44,174 bases of DNA from an uncultured archaeon. Lineage in GTDB: Archaea; Asgardarchaeota; Lokiarchaeia; Sigyniarchaeales; SOKP01. The notes beneath the pieces were generated by a model, which did no database searches, was not told the DNA's origin, and was given only the letters and a program-made list of their open reading frames with translations. Numbering within the stretch: the stretch's first letter is position 1; every line of letters begins with the position of its first letter. The DNA is taken from positions 1 to 44,174 of the forward strand of contig CAYLZE010000036.1 of the NCBI GenBank assembly GCA_964388035.1, given 5' to 3'. The translations under genes and the position numbers were made by a program. This document shows, piece after piece, positions 10,012-18,444 of this stretch.

Positions 10012-10767
10012 ATTCCATTCTTCCTTCATGATAAGAAAAAAGTATTTTACGATATTAAAGAAGCCGAAAATCAAAAAGCAATAATATTCCTTCATGGGTC
10101 TGGAAGTACCTCTAAAGTTTGGAAACATCAACTTGCTCTTGACGTTGATTATAATCTAATAGCGTTAGATTTGCCTTCTCATGCGAAATCAGAAGAATTT
10201 ACTAATTTGACCATGGATTTATTCGTGGATGTGGTTCAAAAATGCATTACCACGTTGCAACTCAATGAAATCATTTTATGTGGACATGCTTTAGGGGGTG
10301 CAATTACCCAATCCTTCTATTTAAAGTATCCTGAAAAGGTATCGGCATTAATTTTAATCGATACGGGAGCAAAATTAAGGGTTTCTCCCTATATCCTTAA
10401 TACGGTAAAAATTAATTACCAAGAATTTTTAGACTCCCTTTCAGTTGGTATTTTTTATAGAAAAACATCCCCCCAGATTGTTGACGAATATGTTAGGCAA
10501 TCAATGGATATAAAACCTGAAGTGGCGTATTCCGATTTTAAGATTTGTGATAACTTCGATGCTATAGGACAAATTAGCTCTATTAAAGTTCCTACCTTGA
10601 TTATCTGCGGGAAAGAGGATAAAATCGCTCCCTTGAAGTATTCCATGTTTTTTAACGAGAAGATTGTAAATTCAAAGCTCATAGTTATTCCCAAAGCTTC
10701 TCACATGGTAATGCTTGAGCAACCCCAAGAAGTCAATAAAGCTATCGAAGAATTTTTAAAAAAATGA
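10012..10767 (+). CDS. Alpha/beta hydrolase with Ala at the nucleophile position; probable ATT start
   Basis: Frame upstream of 10171 encodes PFFLHDKKKVFY...IIFLHGSG...W...IALDLPSH; elbow GHALGG; GKED and ASHM triad residues. Confidence 0.85.
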   Translation: MPFFLHDKKKVFYDIKEAENQKAIIFLHGSGSTSKVWKHQLALDVDYNLIALDLPSHAKSEEFTNLTMDLFVDVVQKCITTLQLNEIILCGHALGGAITQSFYLKYPEKVSALILIDTGAKLRVSPYILNTVKINYQEFLDSLSVGIFYRKTSPQIVDEYVRQSMDIKPEVAYSDFKICDNFDAIGQISSIKVPTLIICGKEDKIAPLKYSMFFNEKIVNSKLIVIPKASHMVMLEQPQEVNKAIEEFLKK

Positions 10768-10834
10768 AAGGTAAATTTATTTTATTTTACTCCAATAGGA
10801 AAATTTTCGGGAATCCAATCAGGAATTCAGATCA

Positions 10835-12343
10835 TTATACCCGACTTAGCGCTCCAATCCTAGTCATCTTTCTTGTCATGGTATCTCCCGTAGTTTTACG
10901 CCAATTCATTAATCGGTTCTTTAAATCACTTAAGATCTCGCTGTGATTGGAATCATTAATCAAATTCTGTAATTCAAAAGGATCTTCTTCAAGGTTATAT
11001 AACTCATCCATGTCTCTCTCATTATATACATATTTATAATTATCATGAACAATTAGTCGTCCTAAGTGAACATGCACGTGGCCATGGGTCTCAACCATGA
11101 GATCTTCTCGCCAATCTCCCTTTTCTTGTTTACTCAGTGGTAATAAACTTTTCCCATGAACTTTCTTATCGAATTGAGTACCCGCAAAATCCAATATAGT
11201 AGGACCAATATCTAAATTACTAACAAACTTATCTGATTGGATTCCGGCTTCTATTTTATCTGGAAATCGCATTGTCATGGGAATTCTAACCATCTCCTCC
11301 GGCATGTAGCTATCTTTATCAAAATGCCCGCCATGGCAAGCCACACCATCTCCGTGATCCGTGGTCCATATCACGGCGGTATTTTCACTAAGTCCTGTTT
11401 CTTCCAAGGTTTGTAAGATTAATCCTCCCGCTTGATCCACCATAGATATCTGTCCGTAATGAAATGCCAACACCTTCTGCCAAGTAGACCAGGGTAATGG
11501 ATTAGGATAAATCAATTTTCCTCGAAATGTAGTGGGATAATTAATATCGTGCTTGTAAACTTCTGGCTTGTTTTCAAGATCATCTCTAAAATTAGGATAT
11601 AGTGGAATTTCCTTAGGATCATAAAGTTCATAAAATTCTGGCGTGATATAATAGGGTTGGTGAGGCCCCCAAAAATCGACTCTTAAATGGAAGGGCTGCG
11701 AATTGTCCGAACGAGCAATTTCCCATAGTTTTTCGCAAGCTAATTTTGCCAAGAAAAAAGCCTCATGGGACTCTTTTGGCGTGGTCATGAGGCCTACCGC
11801 ATGTTCACTTAACATTTCGTCCTCAGGACGATGGAGTTTTCCGGAAATTAGTCCCTTTTCTCTTGTTACAGGCCATTCTGGATTGAGAAAACTGTGCTCA
11901 ATTTGAACTTCAAAACTGGGAAGATTATTCTTTTTTAAATATTCTCGATATTCCCGAGTAAGGTAAGGATTACCATAATCAGGATAATTAAATCCTTCAC
12001 ATCCGTGATCGTATGCTGTACCTGGTCCAGAATGCCACTTTCCGTAGTAAAAATTCTCATATCCTTCCCTTAGTAATTTTTCAAAATAAGTCTGTCTATC
12101 AAAAGGGTAAAAAGAATTGTTGGTCAATTCCCCATGATCATGAGGAAATAATCCCGTTAGCATTGTGCGCCGTGCTGGAGCACATAAAGGGCAGGCTGTA
12201 TACGCTCGCGCGAATTCTATCCCCTGAGATGCTAATTTTTTAAAAAAAGGACGTTGTATCTTAGGACCCCCCGCCATTGTTCCATGCCCATAATAAGCTT
12301 GATGGTCATTTAAAAGGAATAAAATATTCGTTTTATCCGTCAT
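10835..12343 (-). CDS. Cys-type formylglycine-dependent sulfatase (S1)
   Basis: NILFLLNDH, CAPAR..MLTG, GKWH, GPHQPY, TDHGD and ELYNL..DP.E. Confidence 0.93.
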   Translation of the reverse strand: MTDKTNILFLLNDHQAYYGHGTMAGGPKIQRPFFKKLASQGIEFARAYTACPLCAPARRTMLTGLFPHDHGELTNNSFYPFDRQTYFEKLLREGYENFYYGKWHSGPGTAYDHGCEGFNYPDYGNPYLTREYREYLKKNNLPSFEVQIEHSFLNPEWPVTREKGLISGKLHRPEDEMLSEHAVGLMTTPKESHEAFFLAKLACEKLWEIARSDNSQPFHLRVDFWGPHQPYYITPEFYELYDPKEIPLYPNFRDDLENKPEVYKHDINYPTTFRGKLIYPNPLPWSTWQKVLAFHYGQISMVDQAGGLILQTLEETGLSENTAVIWTTDHGDGVACHGGHFDKDSYMPEEMVRIPMTMRFPDKIEAGIQSDKFVSNLDIGPTILDFAGTQFDKKVHGKSLLPLSKQEKGDWREDLMVETHGHVHVHLGRLIVHDNYKYVYNERDMDELYNLEEDPFELQNLINDSNHSEILSDLKNRLMNWRKTTGDTMTRKMTRIGALSRV

Positions 12344-12473
12344 AGTTAATTAATAGAAGGAAGAGTCAGAAATAAATCATTTTAAAACAAATTATGATTT
12401 TTTTCCGTGTTAAAAGATAATCTATTTTTTTTAATTATTCAATTCATATCATCATTTACATTATTAATATGAT

Positions 12474-13469
12474 TTAGAATTCGGGGCCAGTATTCGTATA
12501 AATAGTTCCAAAATTCATTTTTCTAACAGGAGACTCCTTCATTTCAACCCAATCTTTATCTTCCCACCGAAATATTCTATTTGAATGTGGATTAGGAGAT
12601 CTAATATTGATATCTTCATCAATAGTTCCTAAAAATCGCCAGAAGGAAGCTCTACTCGCACGAGATCCTCCATGGTGCCAATGTCCGGGCAATTCAATTT
12701 CAAATCGCCAAGTATCCATATCATAATTATAAATTAAGTGTTGCTTTTTTACAGGACCCTTATAAGTACCTGACCGGGGATTATAAAAGCTTTCATTCGT
12801 ATTCCAGCCTCCTATAATGTGTAGTTCATCAAAATATTTATCCCCCGAACCATCTGTAGTAGGAATAGGGCACGGTTTCATGACTTCCCACTCATCCGTT
12901 TTAGGATTATATCTTTGGTTTAGGGCTCCCTCATAAGTATTTTGTTCACCAATAGTTTGGGTATTTCCTGTCGTAAAGTATAACCATCCCCCATGATAGG
13001 AAGGAAGCGGAAATGATTGTGAAAAAGGAGCATCCTTTACTTCAGTCTTCCAAGTATCCTTTAATAAATCATACTTCCAATTCCAATTCACGCGATTATA
13101 AGGTCCTTTTATATTATCCCCTCCAAATAGAAAGATATAGCGATTGACGATTACGGGATAATATTTTCCTAACTTACTGCGAGGTTCAGGCATCTTCTCA
13201 TAAAGTTCCCACGAATCTTCTTGAATGTCATACACTTGTACATGATCGCAACAGCCCGAATGAGGTTTGGTTTTTCCTCCAAAACAAAAAATTTTATTTT
13301 CAAAAAATGTCCATCCTGCTCCTTGAACATTGATTGGCATGGGAGTTAATTCTCCATTTTCACTGCTATACCATTTGTCTTTATCAATATTATAAACTGT
13401 CACGTCTCCCACACAATACTTATTTTCTAGCTTTCCGCCAATTGCCCATAAAAATTCACCTTCATTCAT
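12474..13469 (-). CDS. Kelch-repeat beta-propeller protein (NanM/galactose oxidase-like fold)
   Basis: Repeated hhhGG...Y(D/N)....W units (WAIGG, FCFGG, FLFGG, HIIGG; YNIDKDKW, YDIQEDSW, YNPKTDEW). Confidence 0.85.
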   Translation of the reverse strand: MNEGEFLWAIGGKLENKYCVGDVTVYNIDKDKWYSSENGELTPMPINVQGAGWTFFENKIFCFGGKTKPHSGCCDHVQVYDIQEDSWELYEKMPEPRSKLGKYYPVIVNRYIFLFGGDNIKGPYNRVNWNWKYDLLKDTWKTEVKDAPFSQSFPLPSYHGGWLYFTTGNTQTIGEQNTYEGALNQRYNPKTDEWEVMKPCPIPTTDGSGDKYFDELHIIGGWNTNESFYNPRSGTYKGPVKKQHLIYNYDMDTWRFEIELPGHWHHGGSRASRASFWRFLGTIDEDINIRSPNPHSNRIFRWEDKDWVEMKESPVRKMNFGTIYTNTGPEF

Positions 13470-13609
13470 GACTATTTTCCTTAAAATTAATGAAAATTCA
13501 CGGATTTTGATTCGTGGAAGTAATATAAAATAATCTTAATTAATTAAATCATAAAAAAGTAATTGGTCATATTTGAAAAAAAATTTAGATTACTTTTTTT
13601 AAAAGCTAA

Positions 13610-14830
13610 TTATTGTTCCTTACGCAAGCAGCAGTTCTTATACTTTTTGCCGCTTCCACAAGGACAAGGATCATTCCTTCCAACTTTACTTAAATTATTC
13701 TCTACTGGAACAGTAATATTGCCTTCGAACCTGATTTTCTTTGCTAAAGACTCAAAAAATGGAAGAGAATAAGCATAGAATTTTTTCCAGCCCTTACATA
13801 AGACACTTAAGGTTTTAGAATAACTATTACTCCCTACTCGAAATTTTTGGCAATCTCCATGACATAATGAGAGAAAAGGACATGTTTTACATGCCTCATT
13901 GAATGCGAATTTTTGCTCGCCAAATTGACGGTAAACGGGGGAATTCATGAGCTGTTCCCAGCTATCTGTCATGATATTTCCAAGCTTTAAGTCATTTTCC
14001 ACAAAAAAGTCACAGGGATAGACCCCTCCATCATATTCTACTACAAAATATTGACGGCAATCTTTATTCATGTAACACACGTTATATCTCCCATATACAA
14101 GATATTCCAGAATTGAATCAAAATGTCGTATCGAAACGCGATATACATCTTTTTTTCTCCATTCATCAAAAAGATCGCATAAGAAAGTACCCCACCCTTC
14201 CCCATTTATGGAATATGGAAATAACTTGTTGCTTTTCTCGTCAAATTCCACGCAAGGAATGTATTGTTGAAAGTAAAATCCATTCTTAACTAAATAGTTA
14301 TAAACCAGTTGTGCTTTAGAAACATTCTTGCTATTTATTAATATTAAAATATTAAATTCCACTTGATTGTTCTTTAAATTTTCGATACCTCGCATTACTA
14401 ATTCATGGGTTTCCTTTTGCCGTATCGTTTTTCGATAAAAATCGTGAATTTGGGGAGGACCATCAAGACTAACACCCACTAAAAATTTATATTTTCCAAA
14501 AAATTGTGCCATCTCATCTGAAATCAGAGTTGCATTTGTCTGGAGTCCATTGCTGACTCGTGAACCAGGAGCGCCATATTTCTGTTGTAATTCTACTACC
14601 TTTTGAAAGAATTTCAGTCCCATTAATGTTGGCTCCCCTCCTTGCCAACCAAAAGCGTAGTGTCCTCCTTGATCAGTGCTCATATAGCTTGATATCATTT
14701 TCTCGAGAACTTCATTTGTCATTCTCGGTCTAGATTCTTTATTCTTTAAATGATCAATGTAAAAGCAATATTCGCAGCGAAGATTGCAATCCCCATTGGC
14801 TGGCTTGATTAAAAGTGAAAACGGATTCAT
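13610..14830 (-). CDS. Anaerobic sulfatase maturase (anSME, radical SAM/SPASM) with C-terminal SEC-C motif
   Basis: [28 protein letters not shown] cysteines (VYPCDF, CKTC...CHGDC) and [19 protein letters not shown]. Confidence 0.93.
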   Translation of the reverse strand: MNPFSLLIKPANGDCNLRCEYCFYIDHLKNKESRPRMTNEVLEKMISSYMSTDQGGHYAFGWQGGEPTLMGLKFFQKVVELQQKYGAPGSRVSNGLQTNATLISDEMAQFFGKYKFLVGVSLDGPPQIHDFYRKTIRQKETHELVMRGIENLKNNQVEFNILILINSKNVSKAQLVYNYLVKNGFYFQQYIPCVEFDEKSNKLFPYSINGEGWGTFLCDLFDEWRKKDVYRVSIRHFDSILEYLVYGRYNVCYMNKDCRQYFVVEYDGGVYPCDFFVENDLKLGNIMTDSWEQLMNSPVYRQFGEQKFAFNEACKTCPFLSLCHGDCQKFRVGSNSYSKTLSVLCKGWKKFYAYSLPFFESLAKKIRFEGNITVPVENNLSKVGRNDPCPCGSGKKYKNCCLRKEQ

Positions 14831-15113
14831 TGAGAAAAATATTCAATTTATTTTAAGATGTTCTAATAAATTTATATAAAGGGCAATTTTTAAAAATTAA
14901 AAAATTTATTCTTAGGATAAATATACCTTATTGATTCAAAATCTTAAAGAGTATAAATATTATAATTTTTAAGGATTTCATATAAGAAAAAGAATTAGCG
15001 AAACGTGTCAAAAAAAGCAAGGGCTTTAATATAGCTTTAATATTCAGCTTGCGAAAAATTGCCCACGATTCTTATTTTATTTTTAAATTTATTCATTCCT
15101 CTACTGATTCCTT

Positions 15114-15157
15114 TTAATCCTTTCTAGTTATCTAGAAGTTTTAAAAGAAAGGATTAA
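15114..15157. repeat. Inverted repeat TTAATCCTTTCT-N20-AGAAAGGATTAA in the divergent anSME/tsaA intergenic region
   Basis: 12-bp perfect arms at 15114-15125 and 15146-15157. Confidence 0.5.
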
Positions 15158-15302
15158 GAAGTAAAGCCATGTATTAATGAAAATTGAATTATTCGAATTT
15201 CAGAGAGATTTTATAGAATGATTCTTTATTTATTCTAGTAATACTAGATTATAAAATAGTATGAATCCCTTATTTATAATAAAATCTTAGCAATATATCA
15301 AA

Positions 15303-15908
15303 ATGACAGAATATATCATAAAACCCGTTGGAATTGTAAAAAATCTTGCAGAAAAGGAAGTTTTAAAATTCTCAAATAATGATATAAAATTAGATGTTGA
15401 AGTTGCTGTAAACCAAGGAAAAAATTTAATAAGGTCTCAGATCATCATAAATAAAGAATATATCGAATGCTTAGATGGAATCGAAGATTTTTCTCATATT
15501 ATCGTAAGTTTTTGGACCCATAAAGTGCCCGAGAGTGCCCGCCAAATTAAAAAAGTACACCCTGCTGGAATGAAGGACATGCCAATGAAGGGGATTTTCG
15601 CTACTAGATCTCCTGTAAGACCTAATCCGATTTGCAAAACTACCGTAAAGCTGCTTGAAAGAAATGGAGCAACGCTGTTGGTTGAGGGATTGGATGCTAT
15701 AAACAATTCCCCCGTAATTGATATTAAACCACATTTGCCATTTTATGATTCCCCTCTTAACGTGAGATTGGCAGGATGGATGTATGATTTAATGAATAGA
15801 TTAAAGGAAATAACGAAAAGTTCAGATGCACAAGATTCTAAAAATCCCTATTCAACGGATATTGCTGCTCATCCTTGTTTAAATCATGATGACCAAAAGA
15901 GAAAATAA
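15303..15908 (+). CDS. tsaA: tRNA (N6-threonylcarbamoyladenosine(37)-N6)-methyltransferase TrmO/TsaA family
   Basis: LDGIEDFSHII, GIFATRSPVRPNPI and GLDAINNSPVIDIKP. Confidence 0.88.
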   Translation: MTEYIIKPVGIVKNLAEKEVLKFSNNDIKLDVEVAVNQGKNLIRSQIIINKEYIECLDGIEDFSHIIVSFWTHKVPESARQIKKVHPAGMKDMPMKGIFATRSPVRPNPICKTTVKLLERNGATLLVEGLDAINNSPVIDIKPHLPFYDSPLNVRLAGWMYDLMNRLKEITKSSDAQDSKNPYSTDIAAHPCLNHDDQKRK

Positions 15909-16111
15909 CACCTTAGAAATTTTTTTTAATTTTTCTTTTGAGATTGATATAATTTCTTCTATCTCTATCGAATTAATTGTTCTTATTCAACTTTTTTTCA
16001 TTGAATAATTATTCAAAATATTTAATAAGGAAGGGAATAATGATCTACATAGAGATTGATTTTGAATAAATATTCATAAAAACAATATATTGCAAAAATA
16101 AATGATTTAAC

Positions 16112-16456
16112 ATGAATATAAGTGATTTAAATCAGTATGGAATTACTAGTGCTAGCAAGGGGAAATTAATAATTGATATCTCTTCTGATTGGTGTGGACC
16201 CTGTAAATTGCTTTCCCCTATCTTAGAAAGCTTTCGGGATAAAGGCATGATAGAACTAATTCAAATTAATATCGATGAAAATAGGGAATTAGGTCAGAAA
16301 TTAAATATCTATGCGATACCAACTTTATATTTTTTTAAAGATGGAGAGCTTTTAGATAAAGACATTAAGGTTCAAGGTCAGACATTGGTAAATAAAGGAG
16401 TAATGGTCGGTGCAACTGGAGAGCTGGTCCTTAAGGAAATTATTGAGCAAATGTAA
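16112..16456 (+). CDS. trxA: Thioredoxin
   Basis: WCGPC active site and cis-Pro motif AIPT. Confidence 0.9.
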   Translation: MNISDLNQYGITSASKGKLIIDISSDWCGPCKLLSPILESFRDKGMIELIQINIDENRELGQKLNIYAIPTLYFFKDGELLDKDIKVQGQTLVNKGVMVGATGELVLKEIIEQM

Positions 16457-16543
16457 TTTTTCATAATTATAAAGTAATGAGATGATAAGTTAATCCATTT
16501 CAATAATTTTAAATCATAAATCAAAAAATGAATGTGATGCATA

Positions 16544-17092
16544 ATGGAAAAGAAAAAAGCACTCTTCATTATAGGATCTCCAAGAAAAGACGGAAACACA
16601 GCTTTCTTAACAGATAAACTTATAGATTCTTTAAATGATAAATATATAATTGAAAGGATATTTCTAACAGATTATAATATCAGCCCATGTAAGGAATGTT
16701 ATTACTGCATGGATAAAGATGAGTGCTCGATTGACGATGATATGCAACAATTATATATCAAACTAAACGAAAGCAAATTAATAATATTATCAAGTCCCAT
16801 ATTCATGGGAGGAGTTTCTGCGAGAATGAAAGCTTTTATGGAAAGAACCTGGCATTTAAGAAGAGGACAGTTAATGGGTAAAACGGGAAGTTACATTTTA
16901 GTTGGGAGACGCGATTTTGGTTCGGGAATTAATGAGATGGAAGAGTATCTTTCTAGATTAAAATTAAATAAAGTTCCAGGTGTTTTAGGATTTGGTTTCC
17001 GTAAAGGAGATGTTTCACAAGACGATGAAGCGTTAAAAAGTATTGATCGTCTTTGTAAGCAAATCCTTAATTTCAATTATAATATAAATTAA
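16544..17092 (+). CDS. Flavodoxin-family iron-sulfur flavoprotein (NADPH-dependent FMN reductase-like)
   Basis: GSPRKDGNT, CKECYYC.....C cluster motif, DDM and SPIF. Confidence 0.88.
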   Translation: MEKKKALFIIGSPRKDGNTAFLTDKLIDSLNDKYIIERIFLTDYNISPCKECYYCMDKDECSIDDDMQQLYIKLNESKLIILSSPIFMGGVSARMKAFMERTWHLRRGQLMGKTGSYILVGRRDFGSGINEMEEYLSRLKLNKVPGVLGFGFRKGDVSQDDEALKSIDRLCKQILNFNYNIN

Positions 17093-17122
17093 AGTATCAA
17101 AGAATTACGAGGTGATTAATTT

Positions 17123-17320
17123 TTGAGTTATGGTGATAGAAGAGGTAGAGGAGGTCAAGGTGGTAGAGGGGGTCAAGGTAGAATGGGAGGGCCTTATAAA
17201 GCAGGTCCGGGTGGTTCATGTAAATGCCCTAATTGTGGTAATATCGTTTCTCATCAAGTTGGAACCCCATGTTACCAACTTAAGTGTCCAAAATGTGGCA
17301 GCTTGATGGTAAGACAATAG
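17123..17320 (+). CDS. Small Gly/Arg-rich, double zinc-knuckle protein
   Basis: SD GAGGTGA at 17109-17115 and TTG start; GRGGQG x2, then CKCPNCG...H..G.PC...CPKCG..M.R. Confidence 0.75.
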   Translation: MSYGDRRGRGGQGGRGGQGRMGGPYKAGPGGSCKCPNCGNIVSHQVGTPCYQLKCPKCGSLMVRQ

Positions 17321-17465
17321 TTCTGATATGTAAATGAAAGAAACATCTCATTTATTAACTTATTCATTTTACTGGGGTATAATAAGTCATGAACATCTCT
17401 GATCAAAAAAGAGATAGCAATGTTTTAGATTTTTTAATTTCAGTTAATTAATATGGGGAATTTAT

Positions 17466-18098
17466 TTGGCACGAACAGAACCTTTTGATAAATATTTAAA
17501 AGATTATGAAAATTGGTTCGAAAAAAAAGAACATGTATATAAATCCGAGCTGAAAGCAGTAGGGCATTTTATTCCGAAAGATAAAAAAGGAGTTGAAATT
17601 GGAATTGGTTCGGGTCGTTTTGCTTTACCCTTTAATATTAATATAGGCGTTGAACCCTCAACCACAATGAGAAATTATTCAATTAAGTATGGATTGAAAG
17701 TGTACGATGGTATCGCCGAAAACCTGCCATTAAAGGATGCTAATTATGATTTTGCTTTAATGGTAACTACTATTTGTTTTATAGATGATGTAAAAAAAGC
17801 ATTTCTAGAAGTTAAAAGAATTTTAAAGTCCGGTGGTGCTTTTATTATTGGCTTTATTGATAAAAATAGCTCAATTGGAAAAATTTATGAAAGATTAAAG
17901 TAGAAAAATAAGTTCTATCGTATCGCTACCTTATACTCAATTGAAGATGTATTGAATTTCTTGAAGGAAACTAATTTTAAGAAAATTCAAATTATTCAGA
18001 CTATCTTTTGAAATCTTAGTGAAATTAAACAAGTTCAACAGTTTCGGGAAGGTCATGGGGAAGGGAGCTTTTTGGTTGTTAAAGCTGAGAAAGAATAA
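17466..18098 (+). pseudogene. Class I SAM-dependent methyltransferase interrupted by in-frame TAG (17901-17903) and TGA (18009-18011)
   Basis: EIGIGSGRF, GVEPS, AENLP, YDFALMVTTICF; the same frame continues KNKFY..AT.YS...QTIF*...EGHGEGSFLVVKAEKE to TAA at 18096-18098. Confidence 0.75.
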
Positions 18099-18234
18099 AA
18101 AAAAATTATAAATTATAAATTAATTGAGATTTTTCTTATGAAGTTCTATTCATAATCAATATATACTTAAAATTCCCTATCATTAATGTAATTTGAATAT
18201 ATAAAATGACATCATGTTAAGTTGGTGATTGTAT

Positions 18235-18396
18235 ATTACAAATAAGTTTAAATTTAGAATTCAAGCAATAGAAAACTTAAAAGAAAATCAATACTATTGT
18301 TGTTCAAATGGGGAATTTTTATTTCATGATCGTGCAGAATTTATCGATTTTTATGATGAAGATGATGATGATTTGCCAACAACATATGATCTATAA
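18235..18396 (+). CDS. Unannotated small acidic protein (53 aa from ATT; 55 aa from TTG 18229)
   Basis: Open frame TNKFKFRIQAIENLKENQYYCCSNGEFLFHDRAEFIDFYDEDDDDLPTTYDL*; SD GGTGA at 18224-18228; TATA-like TATATAAA at 18198-18205. Confidence 0.45.
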   Translation: MTNKFKFRIQAIENLKENQYYCCSNGEFLFHDRAEFIDFYDEDDDDLPTTYDL

Positions 18397-18444
18397 AATT
18401 TAAAAGATTGAGACGTTAGAATAGTCGATTTAACGTGAAAGGAG

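Noticed and set aside
17901-18011. Genome-wide stop-codon reassignment
   Set aside because: TAG and TGA both terminate other full-length genes in the window at their expected C-termini.
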